64,000 bases of DNA from Aulosira sp. ZfuVER01 (GTDB lineage Bacteria > Cyanobacteriota > Cyanobacteriia > Cyanobacteriales > Nostocaceae), in contig JAVRCV020000083.1 in assembly GCA_034530615.2 (NCBI GenBank), positions 32,001 to 96,000 on the forward strand, written 5' to 3'. Below are positions 39,845 through 50,578 of the stretch, piece after piece (positions within the stretch are counted from its first letter, which is position 1; each line of letters opens with the position of its first letter). The notes under the pieces were generated by a model. The model ran no database searches. It was not told where the DNA came from and was given only the letters and a program-made list of their open reading frames with translations. The position numbers and the translations under genes are program-made.

Positions 39845-41353
39845 TCACCTCATATCGTAACCAAACAAATTCGGGTCAACTTCACCTAACTGCAAATCTG
39901 CCAAACCATACTCAGCCCAGCGTCTATCAACCATCGCCGCCACATTTGGATCTGACTCTAGGGGCGCACCCCATTCATGGTCAGTTTCTGGGGGGATTTT
40001 GGTGGTAGCATCAATTCCCATCCGCCCACCTAAACCAATTTTCTCACTGGCAAAATCTAAAGTATCAAAGGGTGTATTCGGCAAAATAAACACATCCCTT
40101 GTAGGGTCAACTTTAGAACTAATTGCCCAGACAACTTGACGCGGATCGCGAATATTGATGTCTTTATCGACTACAATCACAAACTTGGTGTAAGTAAATT
40201 GTGGTAAAGCACTCCAAAACGCCAAAGCAGCTCGTCGTGCTTGTCCGGGATATGCTTTATCAATGGAAATAATTGCCGCTTTGTAACTCAAAGCTTCCAT
40301 TGGGAGGAAGAAATCGACAATTTCTGAGACTTGTTGCCGCAGAATCGGGGTATAAATCCGATTGAGTGCGATCGCCATCATCGCTTCTTCTTTGGGTGGA
40401 CGACCGCTAAATGTTGTTAAGTAAATCGGATCTTTACGGTGTGTCATACACTGAAAGCGAATCAAAGGGGAATCCTCGACACCGCCGTAATAACCCATGT
40501 GGTCGCCAAATGGCCCATCTGGTAAGACTTCACCTGGTGTAATTGTCCCTTCTAAAACAAATTCTGAATCGGCGGGAACTTCCAAATCTACGGTTTTGCA
40601 CTTTGCTAACTGCACCCCAGAACCGCCGTAAAGTCCAGCAAACAACCATTCTGATAAATCTACAGGTATGGGTGTAGCAGCTGCCATGATAATCAAAGGA
40701 TCTACACCAAGTGCGATCGCAATTTCTAATTTTTTCCCATTTTCTGCGGCTTTACGCAAATGTCTCGCCCCGCCCCGTACCGATAACCAATGTACGGTCA
40801 TCGTATTTTGAGATTGTAGTTGCAGACGATACACACCCACATTTGGCGTACCTGTCTCACAATCCTTTGTAATTACTAGCCCTAAGGTAATAATCTTCCC
40901 TGCATCCCCTATATAAGGACGTATCAACGGTAACTTATTTAAATCTAAATCCTTCCCTTGAACCACCACTTGTTGACAGGCGGGGAAAAAGTCTCGTCCT
41001 GGTTTAGCTTTCACCACATCAAACAGGACTTTCCCAAAATCTATGGCTTGGGAAATCTTCTTCGGTGGTTTTGGTTGTTGCAACATACTCAGCTTTTTAC
41101 CCAGAGTTTCCAACTCCTCTGGATGCTGCATATTCATCGCCCAGCATATCCTTTCCACAGTTCCCATCAAATTCACGGCTACCGGGAAGGATGCGCCTTT
41201 AACATTTTCAAACAATAAACCCGGCCCACCTTGTTGCAGCATCCGGTTAGAAATCTCAGCAATTTCTAAATCTGGGTCAACTAAAGCTGAAATCCGCTTT
41301 AATTGTCCCCTTTCTTCCAGAATTTTGATAAATCCCCGCAAATCTCTCGCCAT
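39845..41353 (-). CDS. ubiD: UbiD-family decarboxylase (plastoquinone pathway)
   Basis: DLRGFIKILE, NVGVYRLQ, GPFGDHMGYY, GRPPKEE and DTLDFAS motifs. Confidence 0.92.
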   Translation of the reverse strand: MARDLRGFIKILEERGQLKRISALVDPDLEIAEISNRMLQQGGPGLLFENVKGASFPVAVNLMGTVERICWAMNMQHPEELETLGKKLSMLQQPKPPKKISQAIDFGKVLFDVVKAKPGRDFFPACQQVVVQGKDLDLNKLPLIRPYIGDAGKIITLGLVITKDCETGTPNVGVYRLQLQSQNTMTVHWLSVRGGARHLRKAAENGKKLEIAIALGVDPLIIMAAATPIPVDLSEWLFAGLYGGSGVQLAKCKTVDLEVPADSEFVLEGTITPGEVLPDGPFGDHMGYYGGVEDSPLIRFQCMTHRKDPIYLTTFSGRPPKEEAMMAIALNRIYTPILRQQVSEIVDFFLPMEALSYKAAIISIDKAYPGQARRAALAFWSALPQFTYTKFVIVVDKDINIRDPRQVVWAISSKVDPTRDVFILPNTPFDTLDFASEKIGLGGRMGIDATTKIPPETDHEWGAPLESDPNVAAMVDRRWAEYGLADLQLGEVDPNLFGYDMR

Positions 41354-41775
41354 TGTTTTTGTAAAGCTGAATAATTAAGAACTGTGAAGCGCTCTCTTAT
41401 ATTATTAGCCATTCTTTGCTTGTTATTTTGGCTCGCGATCGCCACTGCGAAAATTCCCTGGTTCCGCCTGTCCGTCTGAGGTTATGCCGTACTTAACGAC
41501 AACTTAACCTATTTCTTTACTTTTCTTAACTACTGATGGCACACAATTTAGTTACCCTAAATAGGGATAAAGCATTATTTATTACAAATAAGCGCTAACC
41601 TGATCAAACATGGCCAGAATATACGACACTTCCCTGGCAGGCGGTTCTTGAAAGTAACCTCTGCTGGGTTTATTTATTTTCTGCTTTACTTGTGCCAGAA
41701 AACACATTTACTTCTGGAGCAAGTGAATAATATGAATATTTGTGAATTTGCGATCGCAACCGCCAATCCACAGCC

Positions 41776-42477
41776 CTAAGCAAGATGACGATACGTAGTG
41801 AAAGGTAATCCAGTCCGCTGTTTCACATCAATTAATGATTTGTATTCACCTCGTTGTTGCCTTTCTGCTATGATTTTTTCTGCGATCGCTGCATCTAACC
41901 CACAAGCAATCAATTCTTGAGTTGAATATATATTTATTCTTTTCCAAGAAACATCAACTTCTTTTTTGTAGTTGTAGCTAAAGGTAATCAGTGGTGTAAT
42001 GCGAGCCACTTGTTTTTCAGGAATTCCTGCAATTTCTATCAACTCTTCTACATGGGTGAAAATATATCCCTCATTCAGAAGGGACTCAATATTATTGGCA
42101 TAGACTATAGGTAAACCTAAATAGTTGACTAATTCATTCTTAGAACATTCATTAATATCTAACTTGTCACGATTTGCTGCAACTAACTTGGCTAGATCGG
42201 GTATTTCTGGTAGGGGTAAAGTTTTTGGATAAGTTTTAGCTAAAAAACTTTTTTTTATATAAAATGTCGTAGCAATTTGAGCTATCCAAATCAAGCCTGC
42301 TAAACCACTTGAAGACAGAAAAAAACTCAAACTAACTATCCCAGCACCTAGAAAAATCCAAGATTTAGTCTGAGATTTATAACCTGCATAAATAATAGTA
42401 AAACCCCCAAATGTCGGAATTAAGGATAACCACATCCAAGAAGGGGTTTGTTGAAACCAAGAACTAGATTGTGACAC
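41776..42477 (-). CDS. Membrane protein with two ComEA-like helix-hairpin-helix modules
   Basis: N-terminal TM helices, then LDINECSKNEL...ELIEIAGI and INIYSTQEL..GL..AEKIIAERQQRGEYKSL. GTG start. Confidence 0.75.
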   Translation of the reverse strand: MSQSSSWFQQTPSWMWLSLIPTFGGFTIIYAGYKSQTKSWIFLGAGIVSLSFFLSSSGLAGLIWIAQIATTFYIKKSFLAKTYPKTLPLPEIPDLAKLVAANRDKLDINECSKNELVNYLGLPIVYANNIESLLNEGYIFTHVEELIEIAGIPEKQVARITPLITFSYNYKKEVDVSWKRINIYSTQELIACGLDAAIAEKIIAERQQRGEYKSLIDVKQRTGLPFTTYRHLA

Positions 42478-42500
42478 GGTAAATCAAGTGTTGATTTTTT

Positions 42501-42842
42501 CTACAGAGATTTTAAAAGTTTTTGCCGCTTTTCTTCATATTCTTCTGCTGTAATTACACCAGAATCGTAAAGATTTTTCAAATCAGCTAGCGCACCTGTT
42601 GCATCTTTAGCAGATATCGCTCCTCCTGCACCAGATTTACCTTGATTGTATTTAGCATTAAAATCTACATCTGACATAAAAATGAGCAGAAAAAATTCAA
42701 CAAATGCTATGACTGCTGGAATAAATGTCCAACAAAACAAAAGATACAAAATACCCGCAACATTTTCACCTAAATAAAATTTATGAATTCCCAGCCCACC
42801 ACAAAAAAAGCAGAGTAGCACTGCTGTATTTTTACTCTTCAT
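42501..42842 (-). CDS. TM2/NINE-domain protein with C-terminal SHOCT
   Basis: GGLGIHKFYLG...ILYLLFCWT and ALADLKNLYDSGVITAEEYEEKRQKLL. AAGGAG ribosome-binding site. Confidence 0.88.
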   Translation of the reverse strand: MKSKNTAVLLCFFCGGLGIHKFYLGENVAGILYLLFCWTFIPAVIAFVEFFLLIFMSDVDFNAKYNQGKSGAGGAISAKDATGALADLKNLYDSGVITAEEYEEKRQKLLKSL

Positions 42843-42890
42843 AAGTAACTCCTTATTTGAAAATTTACTAATTTAAAATTTACGCGAAAA

Positions 42891-43106
42891 TTACCACTTT
42901 TTTTGTGGTTTGTTATTAAGTTTGTTGGTCATGAAATAAATTGCTAGTATACATAGTTGAGATTCAAGTAAAACTAAGTAGCCTTTAGCTATATAGTTAA
43001 ATTCTAGTTGGGAATTAAAGTAAAAAATCAAACTACCAATTGCCATATATAGCAGCAGACGTAACCAATTAAACTTCAGCCTTAGTCTTTGTTTATTTAA
43101 CTGCAT
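42891..43106 (-). CDS. Small two-TM hypothetical protein
   Basis: 71 aa with two hydrophobic segments, co-oriented with the TM2 and HhH genes. Confidence 0.55.
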   Translation of the reverse strand: MQLNKQRLRLKFNWLRLLLYMAIGSLIFYFNSQLEFNYIAKGYLVLLESQLCILAIYFMTNKLNNKPQKKW

Positions 43107-43762
43107 CAGACTATGAGGTTATCTTGAGAAATAATTGCATGAAACAAAATAATTTATAGGTCACTCAACCCTTGCTTAACTCAGTAGAAATTCAATCATA
43201 GTTTGATGCAATTTTAATCTAACAGTAAGTTTACTGCCTCAATATATCTACTGAAATAATTTTAATTTCAAAATGTTATGTACGTATAGTTTCTGAGGAT
43301 TTTAGCAAATATTAAATTGTGAAATTATCCTAATTTTCAATCTAAACAAAAGAAGTATTTATAATTCCAGCAATTCTGTTTTAAGCTGTACATTAATTGC
43401 CTTAAGCTAGAAGCTGCTGGCTCTAAATACAAAGCCTGACTAACCTGGCTAATTATACGTATCTTTATATCAAAATTGATGTTAAATAATATTAGTCATT
43501 TAAAGCTTAATCATCTTCATCTCTATCAAATAAATATATGTTAATGTACTTTAACATAATGTTGCATTTTGATAATACCTGTAACATTCATCAGCAACTG
43601 ATTTTGTATATTGGTTTTATTTAAGATAAATTAGAAATTGTTGACTTAATTAAGTATATTTAATTACAATTAATAGTAAAGTGTAGCCTATAATAAGGTT
43701 CACCAAAAGAAAACTCTTGGCAAATAATATCAAGTAATCCACAAAGAATTGGGATAGAACTT

Positions 43763-44122
43763 ATGAACGCTAGAATTGTTGCTCTGTTAGCAATTATGGC
43801 AGCTTTTGCAAGCTTAGTAAGCCCGGTTCAAGCACAGTCATCAGAAGCATCAAACCAAAATCCACAACAATATTCCCTATCTGGTGATTCTTTAACCGGA
43901 ATTAATAATCGAAATTCTCAGCAAGACTTTAATAGCTTTTTTGAGCAAAAGAACCCCGTAATTGTTCCTAACGTAAATAAAGTAAACACTAACATTTCCA
44001 AAGATTTGCAGATGCAAGAATCTTTATCAGCACCTAACAGTTCTGTTTACTTTGTACCTGTTCAGTCTTTTAATGGTAATGACGGAACCCAAGTGCAATT
44101 TGATTTGGGTAATAGTCAATAG
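43763..44122 (+). CDS. Secreted low-complexity hypothetical protein
   Basis: Signal peptide ending VQA-Q; the mature part is N/Q/S-rich. Confidence 0.75.
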   Translation: MNARIVALLAIMAAFASLVSPVQAQSSEASNQNPQQYSLSGDSLTGINNRNSQQDFNSFFEQKNPVIVPNVNKVNTNISKDLQMQESLSAPNSSVYFVPVQSFNGNDGTQVQFDLGNSQ

Positions 44123-44202
44123 GTCATTGGGCAAGAAGGTAATAGGAGGCAAGGGCTAAGAGTGAATACTCATTTATCATTTCTTCCTCTGCTTCCTTGT
44201 CC

Positions 44203-45393
44203 CTATGTCAAGCAAAATCTTTGAACAGCCTCAACTAATTGGTCAATTTCCGATTCTAAAGTAAAGTAATGGACGCAGGCGCGGACACAATCGGGATCGC
44301 GAATTTGCCGAATGAATAATCTTTCTGACTCTAAAAATTGCACTAATTTCAAAGTAGTTTGAGGTTGTTGGTTAGTCAGTTGAAACGAGACTAAACCACT
44401 TTCGGGGGGAGAAGTCCGCAAACATTGGATATTGGGTAAAGCCGTCAACTGTCGCCACAGGTATTCGCTGTGGCGACAAATTTGCTGATAGCGTTCCTCT
44501 GGCGATCCCCATTGCTGATGAATAGCGAGCGCCTCTCTTAAACCAACATACAATGGATAATCTGATGTCCCGACTTCGTAGCGTTGTCCGTCTTGATTCC
44601 AATCTATAGGTTTGCCGCGATCGTCTAAGATTACACTACGCCAACCAACAAATGTCGGCTTCAAGCTAGCTTGTGCTTCTGGGCGCACATACAAACCACC
44701 CACACCCGCCGGGCCGCATAACCACTTATGACCGGTGAAAGCATAGAAATCTACTCCCAATGCAGTTAAATTTAAAGGCATTGCCCCAACAGATTGGGCA
44801 GCATCTACCAAAAGTAGAGAATTATTATTCCTACATACTTCCGTAATTTTGTCTAAAGGTAAAAGTTGACCTGTGTTCCAAAGGATGTGGCTTAAAGCTA
44901 CTAAGCGAGTTTTGGGGCGTAAATTTTGAGCGATCGCTTCTACAGGATCGCCTACATTTAAAGTATCCATCAGGGGACAAGTGCTAACTTCCACACCGAA
45001 TCTGCGTCCAATTTCTTGGGCGATGGCGATGATCCCTTGATGTTCGCAATCAGAAAGCAGTATATGGTCGCCAGCTTGCCACTCAATACCCCACATGGCA
45101 ATATTGCAACCAACAGTAACATTCTCTGTGAGGGCAATCGCAGTTAATGGTACATTCAACTCAGATGCGATCGCTTCTTTTGTCGCTTTAACATTTAATC
45201 CAATCCAACGACCAACCTCATTACCAAAAGGGCCGAGTTGTTGAATATGAGTTTGAGTTTCAGTGATGGCATCCATTGTCCCTTGAGCCATCGGGCCTTG
45301 ACCCCCATAATTAAAATATGCTTTATTCGCTAAAGCTGGAAACTGCTCTCGATAGCTATGCAAACTCTTTTGTGTGGTAGAAAGACTGGTCAT
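44203..45393 (-). CDS. Class V PLP enzyme, cystine C-S lyase (C-DES-like)
   Basis: QFPALANKAYFNYGGQG, SHILWNTG, DAAQS and FTGHKW motifs, as in cyanobacterial C-DES. Confidence 0.85.
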   Translation of the reverse strand: MTSLSTTQKSLHSYREQFPALANKAYFNYGGQGPMAQGTMDAITETQTHIQQLGPFGNEVGRWIGLNVKATKEAIASELNVPLTAIALTENVTVGCNIAMWGIEWQAGDHILLSDCEHQGIIAIAQEIGRRFGVEVSTCPLMDTLNVGDPVEAIAQNLRPKTRLVALSHILWNTGQLLPLDKITEVCRNNNSLLLVDAAQSVGAMPLNLTALGVDFYAFTGHKWLCGPAGVGGLYVRPEAQASLKPTFVGWRSVILDDRGKPIDWNQDGQRYEVGTSDYPLYVGLREALAIHQQWGSPEERYQQICRHSEYLWRQLTALPNIQCLRTSPPESGLVSFQLTNQQPQTTLKLVQFLESERLFIRQIRDPDCVRACVHYFTLESEIDQLVEAVQRFCLT

Positions 45394-45541
45394 ACTAATT
45401 TTGGATTAAACTGGCAAAAATAGTGCTTTATACTTTGAAATTAAAGATTCTGAATTATTGTGCATCATTGCACGCAATCCCAAGGCATTATAGTGATTTG
45501 GCTTACTCCCAAAAAGTACTAATTCTTGCTAGCTTAAAGGA

Positions 45542-47050
45542 ATGTTAATTAATGCCGATCTGTTACTGCAATATCAACGCTGTAAGCGCCGACCTTTTTT
45601 AGATAGTCACGGTGATAAAAACCAGCGAGATACTCCCAATGAGTTGCTGCTAAAACTACAACAGGACAAAATCGCTTATCAAAAGAGTATTTTGGCTAAT
45701 TTGTCTTACCATTACCCTGATTATCCCAAAAGAGACTGGGAAGCCGGACAAGCAGCAACTTTAGAATTGATGCAGCGTGGGGTTGAGTACATTCGTCATG
45801 GAATATTGTTAGTTAGTTATGACGATTGGGTAAACATAGAAGGTGAAAATTTCTCTACCTCCCCACATTATCAAAAATATACCCTACTCAGCCGTCCAGA
45901 TTTACTTGTGAAGCAGCCAGGACAATCTCGTTTTGGAGATTGGATATATGTACCGGCAAATCTGGAAATGGGTAAGCGTCCCAAGCAGGAGTATCAAGTT
46001 GGAGTTGCATATCATGCGCAAGCCTTGGCGATTGCGCAGGAAGCCGCACCTCCAACAGGTTTGCTGAAATTGCGTACCAGAGAAAGCACTTATGCAGTGG
46101 ATTTACTGAAATGGACGCCACAAATGCAGCTGATTTTGGCGGAGTTAATTCAAGCTTTAGAGTCACCTGATGGTGCAGAAGTATTTATTTCTCGACAAAA
46201 ATGCAATCTTTGCCACTGGTATAGTCAATGTTATGCGATCGCTCAATCAGAAAAACACCTTTCTCTTTTACCAGGCGTCACACCAGTTCGCTACACTCAA
46301 CTCCAAGCACTGTCTCTGACTACACTAGAATCTGTTGCTAGTACCAGCCCCACCATACTGGAAAATCTCCCAGGTTTCGACAATGAAGTAGCACACAAAT
46401 TAGTCATACAAGCTCAATCTGTACTACAAAGTCGTCCGTTTATCTTACCCTATCCCCCACCAATAGAAACTATTACCTTCACGGCTCCCATCGAGATTTA
46501 TTTTGATATCGAAGCACAGCCAGACTTAAATTTAAATTATCTATTAGGGGTTTTAGTAGTCAACAGACAAACCAACACAGAACAATTTTATTCCCTACTA
46601 GCCGAAAGACCAGAAGACGAAGAATTAGTTTGGCGACAATTTCTCGATTTAGTCTGGCAATATCCCGAAGCGCCAATTTATCATTTTTGTGCCTACGAAT
46701 TTGATACAGTCAAACGTTTGGCAAAGCTGTACCAAACTCCGTATTCTTCAGTCCGCCCTGTGCTAAATCGATTTATCGATGTGTATGAACAATTAACCCA
46801 AAGCGTCGCATTACCCATAGAAAGCTATGCCCTGAAAGCCATTGCTCGTTGGTTAGGATTTGAATGGCGCGACAAAGAAGCTAGCGGAGCTAAATGTATT
46901 TACTGGTATGACTTGTGGCTAGAAACAGGCGATCGCACTTTATTGGAGATAATTCAACGCTACAACGAAGACGACTGCCGTGCCACCCGCAATGTCAAAG
47001 ACTGGCTCGTACAATTTTTTCAGGAAGAATATTATTTGCGGCCTGCTTAA
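45542..47050 (+). CDS. TM0106-family RecB-like putative nuclease
   Basis: RCKRR, RPDLLVK, CNLCHW..QC, YFDIE, SYALKAIA..LGF.WR and YNEDD motifs. Confidence 0.88.
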   Translation: MLINADLLLQYQRCKRRPFLDSHGDKNQRDTPNELLLKLQQDKIAYQKSILANLSYHYPDYPKRDWEAGQAATLELMQRGVEYIRHGILLVSYDDWVNIEGENFSTSPHYQKYTLLSRPDLLVKQPGQSRFGDWIYVPANLEMGKRPKQEYQVGVAYHAQALAIAQEAAPPTGLLKLRTRESTYAVDLLKWTPQMQLILAELIQALESPDGAEVFISRQKCNLCHWYSQCYAIAQSEKHLSLLPGVTPVRYTQLQALSLTTLESVASTSPTILENLPGFDNEVAHKLVIQAQSVLQSRPFILPYPPPIETITFTAPIEIYFDIEAQPDLNLNYLLGVLVVNRQTNTEQFYSLLAERPEDEELVWRQFLDLVWQYPEAPIYHFCAYEFDTVKRLAKLYQTPYSSVRPVLNRFIDVYEQLTQSVALPIESYALKAIARWLGFEWRDKEASGAKCIYWYDLWLETGDRTLLEIIQRYNEDDCRATRNVKDWLVQFFQEEYYLRPA

Positions 47051-47216
47051 CAAGACTCAATAGTCTATAGTCTACAGTCCCAAGAATGATTCGCGATCCT
47101 CATCGCAGAGGATATATAGCGATCCTAGTTCCTTACTCAGCACTCATCACTTTTAACTCAGCACTGTTTGGGTGATATTGTGTTTGGTGACTTTGACAAT
47201 TTAGCGATCGCTATCC

Positions 47217-48401
47217 ATGCAGCTCATCAAAAAACTCTTGACTTGGCCAAGAATTATTTATCTTATTATTCCCATACTAATTATCAGCTTTTTATGGAGC
47301 AACTTTGTATCGGGCGCTGTAACAGTTAGTGGTATAAAGTTTATCGGACAAGCTACTCTTCCCAAAGGATTAACCTTCCAAAAAACGCCTGTGGGAGGTT
47401 TATCGGGAATTACCTATGACGCCAAAAATGGCCTTTATTATGCCATTTCTGATGACCGCAGCGAAAAAGCTCCTGCCCGTTTCTACACTCTCAAAATTGA
47501 TCTGAGTAAAGGTTCGCTGAAAAATGGTGGTGTTGTCCCTGTTGGTGTAACCACGCTGTTAAATGAAAATGGGGAAAAGTTTGCTCCCAGTAGCAGCGAT
47601 ACAGAAGGGATTGCTTTAACTAGCAACAAAACTGTCTTTGTTTCTTCTGAAGGTGATGTTAGGCAATTAATTAATCCTTTTATTCAAGAATTCTCCCTCT
47701 CTACTGGTAAGGTAATCACAACACTACCCATACCAGAAAAATTTTTGCCCGATAAAAATGGTCAGCATGGTATCCGCAACAATTTGGCTTTTGAAAGCCT
47801 TACCATCACACCTAACGAAAAGAAACTTTTTACAGCTACCGAAAATGCTTTAATTCAAGATGGTACAGAAGCTCAACCCAATACCAGCACTCCCTGCCGG
47901 ATTCTACAATATAACTTGCTGAACAAGCAGCCAGAAAAAGAATTTCTCTATCAAACTGAACCAATATCACCCTTTTTAAATTTTACTGGCAAATTTGCTA
48001 GTGGTTTACCTGATTTAGTTGCCCTCGATAATCACGGAAGTTTCCTAACTTTAGAAAGGTCTTTTACAGGTTTGGGCTTTGCTATTTTCCTGTTCCAAGT
48101 TTCTTTAGAGGGTGCTGATGATATTCATCATATTGATAGCCTTTTAAGTATTAACTCCCAAAAAATTAAACCTGTTCAGAAAAAGCTACTGTTAGATTTG
48201 AGAACTCTAGAGGTATTGCTAGATAACATTGAAGGCTTAACCCTTGGCCCTATATTACCTGATGGTCAACGCTCATTAATCTTAGTCAGCGACAACAATT
48301 TTAATTCTTTGCAACGTACACAAATACTAGCCTTTAAGCTAAAAATCGAGTCACCTTTTATCAGGCTCTTGCGTCGTTTCATCCCAAATCTTAATCGCTA
48401 A
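47217..48401 (+). CDS. Esterase-like activity of phytase family protein
   Basis: GGLSGI.YD, AISDDR, DTEGI, NLAFESL, DNIEGL and VSDNNF motifs. Confidence 0.9.
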   Translation: MQLIKKLLTWPRIIYLIIPILIISFLWSNFVSGAVTVSGIKFIGQATLPKGLTFQKTPVGGLSGITYDAKNGLYYAISDDRSEKAPARFYTLKIDLSKGSLKNGGVVPVGVTTLLNENGEKFAPSSSDTEGIALTSNKTVFVSSEGDVRQLINPFIQEFSLSTGKVITTLPIPEKFLPDKNGQHGIRNNLAFESLTITPNEKKLFTATENALIQDGTEAQPNTSTPCRILQYNLLNKQPEKEFLYQTEPISPFLNFTGKFASGLPDLVALDNHGSFLTLERSFTGLGFAIFLFQVSLEGADDIHHIDSLLSINSQKIKPVQKKLLLDLRTLEVLLDNIEGLTLGPILPDGQRSLILVSDNNFNSLQRTQILAFKLKIESPFIRLLRRFIPNLNR

Positions 48402-48428
48402 CTTCTACAGGAATAATCTAGTAGGTTG

Positions 48429-48520
48429 TACCAATTTGAAAAAAGAATGTAACGTTAGGGGCGCAAGGCTTGGCGCCCTTAGAGATCATTGATGCGTTGC
48501 AAAGATTTTTTGAACTGGTA
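48429..48520. mobile_element. TACCAATT-family MITE (diverged) with an internal palindrome
   Basis: taccaatttgaaaaaagaatg ... ttttttgaactggta-tta, with internal aggggcgcaaggcttggcgccctt. Confidence 0.6.
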
Positions 48521-48855
48521 TTATTTTGTATAATTAAAAGCCTAATACTATTCTAAAAATAAGTATTTTTGCTCTTACAGTATATTTACTGAGAAAATCA
48601 GGCAAATGTATTATGTCGATTTGCGGATTCAGTGTAAATTCTCATACGGTTTGCGTAATAAATATGTTACACCATGTTTAAGAACTGTTGCAGATAACTT
48701 CCCCATAATTTTATTAAAAATTAAACAAGTTTTGTAGTAAATTTCACCTCAGATGATTAACTCTCTAAAATTATTAATCTTGTTTATAGATAAAATAAAT
48801 CTTTAAGGAGAGTTATTTTAATAACTTTCTGATTTTATTTTAAATAAATAATTTT

Positions 48856-50475
48856 ATGGTGCAGAATCCAATTCCGAATCTAGTCAATTCCAAAACAGAA
48901 TTAGATATTTATATTGGGAAAATCTTAAATAATCGTTATTTAATCCGAGATTTGATTGGCAAAGGCGGAATGGGTAGAGTTTACCTAGCAGAAGATGTTG
49001 CCAAAGGTGGAATGGCAGTTGCAGTCAAAATTCTCTCGCTGAGTCTGGGTAGTCAGCAAATGTCCCAACGCTTTGCTAGAGAAATTTTTATTGGCGCTCA
49101 ATTAGGACGGAAAAGTAAAAATATTGTTCGGGTATTTAGTTATGGTGTAACTGAGGAAAATATTCCCTTTTATGTCATGGAATATCTCCAAGGTAAAAAT
49201 CTCAAACGTATTCTTAAAAATCAAACATTATCTCTGCCCAAACTTTTAGATATTTGCAATCAAATTTGTTTAGGCTTACAGTGTGCCCATCAAGGTATCA
49301 TCCTTAAAGGTGAGAATTTTCCTATTGTTCATAGAGATATTAAACCTGAAAATATTTTCCTCATAGAAGATATCAAAAAAGAGAATTTAGTCAAAATTCT
49401 AGATTTCGGCATTGCTAAATTTTTAACAGAGCGTAGTGGGATGACTCTCACTGATTCTTTTATAGGTAGTTTACCTTACTGTTCTCCAGAACACATGGAA
49501 GGACGCAAACTCTTAGATGTGCGTTCTGACATCTATAGTTTAGGAATCCTGATGTTTGAAATGCTGGCTGGAAAACATCCATTTCAAACTACAAGTAACT
49601 CGTTTGGTAGTTGGTATCAAGCTCATCACTTTCAAACTCCACCTACATTTGGGGAAGTCAATCAACAATTAGTCATACCCCAAACATTGCAAAAATTGGT
49701 GATGAGTTGTTTAGCTAAAGAAGTAAGCGATCGCCCACAAAATATTCAAGAAATATTAGAAACTTTAGAACAGGTTAAATTGCAACTTGAGCGTAGTGCT
49801 GCTATTAGTATTAGCGAAGATTCTCAAGAGCCTACGCTACAAATAGTACCTGTAACATCATTATCAGAAAAAGAATGTTTACAGAAAACTTGGCCGAAGA
49901 ATAGACCAATTGCGCCAATTGGTTTTCCTTATTTATTACATACATTCCAAGGAACAATCCCAACTTTTTGGGCTATGCTACCCAAAGCAGAAATTACCAA
50001 ATTTTTAGATAAAAAGCATAGTACAGAATTTATTGCTAAAATGAATATTTATCCAATGGTGCTCTGGATAACAGCATTATATAATTCCCAAATATCTCAA
50101 ACAAAGTGGCTTTCTTGCTTCTTAGACATGAATGATAGCCGTGGGCAAAAAATCATGCGAAGTTTAGCAGAAGTTGGCTATTATCATTTGTTATTCTTTT
50201 CTATCGAAGAACCACATAATTGCACTCATGTAATGACATTGACTCTGACTGCTAGCCAGCGCCAGCAACTAACAGATTGGTTAGCAATGAATCCTACTTC
50301 CCAGGAATTTATTTCTACCAAACAAGCAAAAATTATTTTGAAAGCAGAGTATGAAAGACTCAAAACAGGAATAGTACGTAAATTAGTAGCTGCTCCAGAA
50401 AAAAAAGAAGTAGGTTTAAAAGCTTGGGCATTTAAAATATATTATTACTTTATCCAAGTTATTTTACGTCGTTGA
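48856..50475 (+). CDS. Hanks-type Ser/Thr protein kinase with an uncharacterised C-terminal domain
   Basis: GKGGMGRV, VAVK, HRDIKPEN, DFG, YCSPE and SDIYSLG motifs. Confidence 0.93.
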   Translation: MVQNPIPNLVNSKTELDIYIGKILNNRYLIRDLIGKGGMGRVYLAEDVAKGGMAVAVKILSLSLGSQQMSQRFAREIFIGAQLGRKSKNIVRVFSYGVTEENIPFYVMEYLQGKNLKRILKNQTLSLPKLLDICNQICLGLQCAHQGIILKGENFPIVHRDIKPENIFLIEDIKKENLVKILDFGIAKFLTERSGMTLTDSFIGSLPYCSPEHMEGRKLLDVRSDIYSLGILMFEMLAGKHPFQTTSNSFGSWYQAHHFQTPPTFGEVNQQLVIPQTLQKLVMSCLAKEVSDRPQNIQEILETLEQVKLQLERSAAISISEDSQEPTLQIVPVTSLSEKECLQKTWPKNRPIAPIGFPYLLHTFQGTIPTFWAMLPKAEITKFLDKKHSTEFIAKMNIYPMVLWITALYNSQISQTKWLSCFLDMNDSRGQKIMRSLAEVGYYHLLFFSIEEPHNCTHVMTLTLTASQRQQLTDWLAMNPTSQEFISTKQAKIILKAEYERLKTGIVRKLVAAPEKKEVGLKAWAFKIYYYFIQVILRR

Positions 50476-50578
50476 AACTTGACCAGATATATTGAGAATA
50501 TTTAATATTAATAAATTATCTTATTTTAAATATGTTAATCTTTAGATTGAAATTGGAGAGTATGAAGAGGTTGTAAAA

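Noticed and set aside
45542..47050. RecB-like nuclease as Cas4 or part of a defence system
   Set aside because: It is a stand-alone TM0106-type gene among housekeeping neighbours.
48634..48647. NtcA box (GTA-AATTCTCA-TAC) upstream of the kinase pair
   Set aside because: It fits GTAN8TAC, but there is no properly spaced -10 element and chance matches are common in AT-rich DNA.
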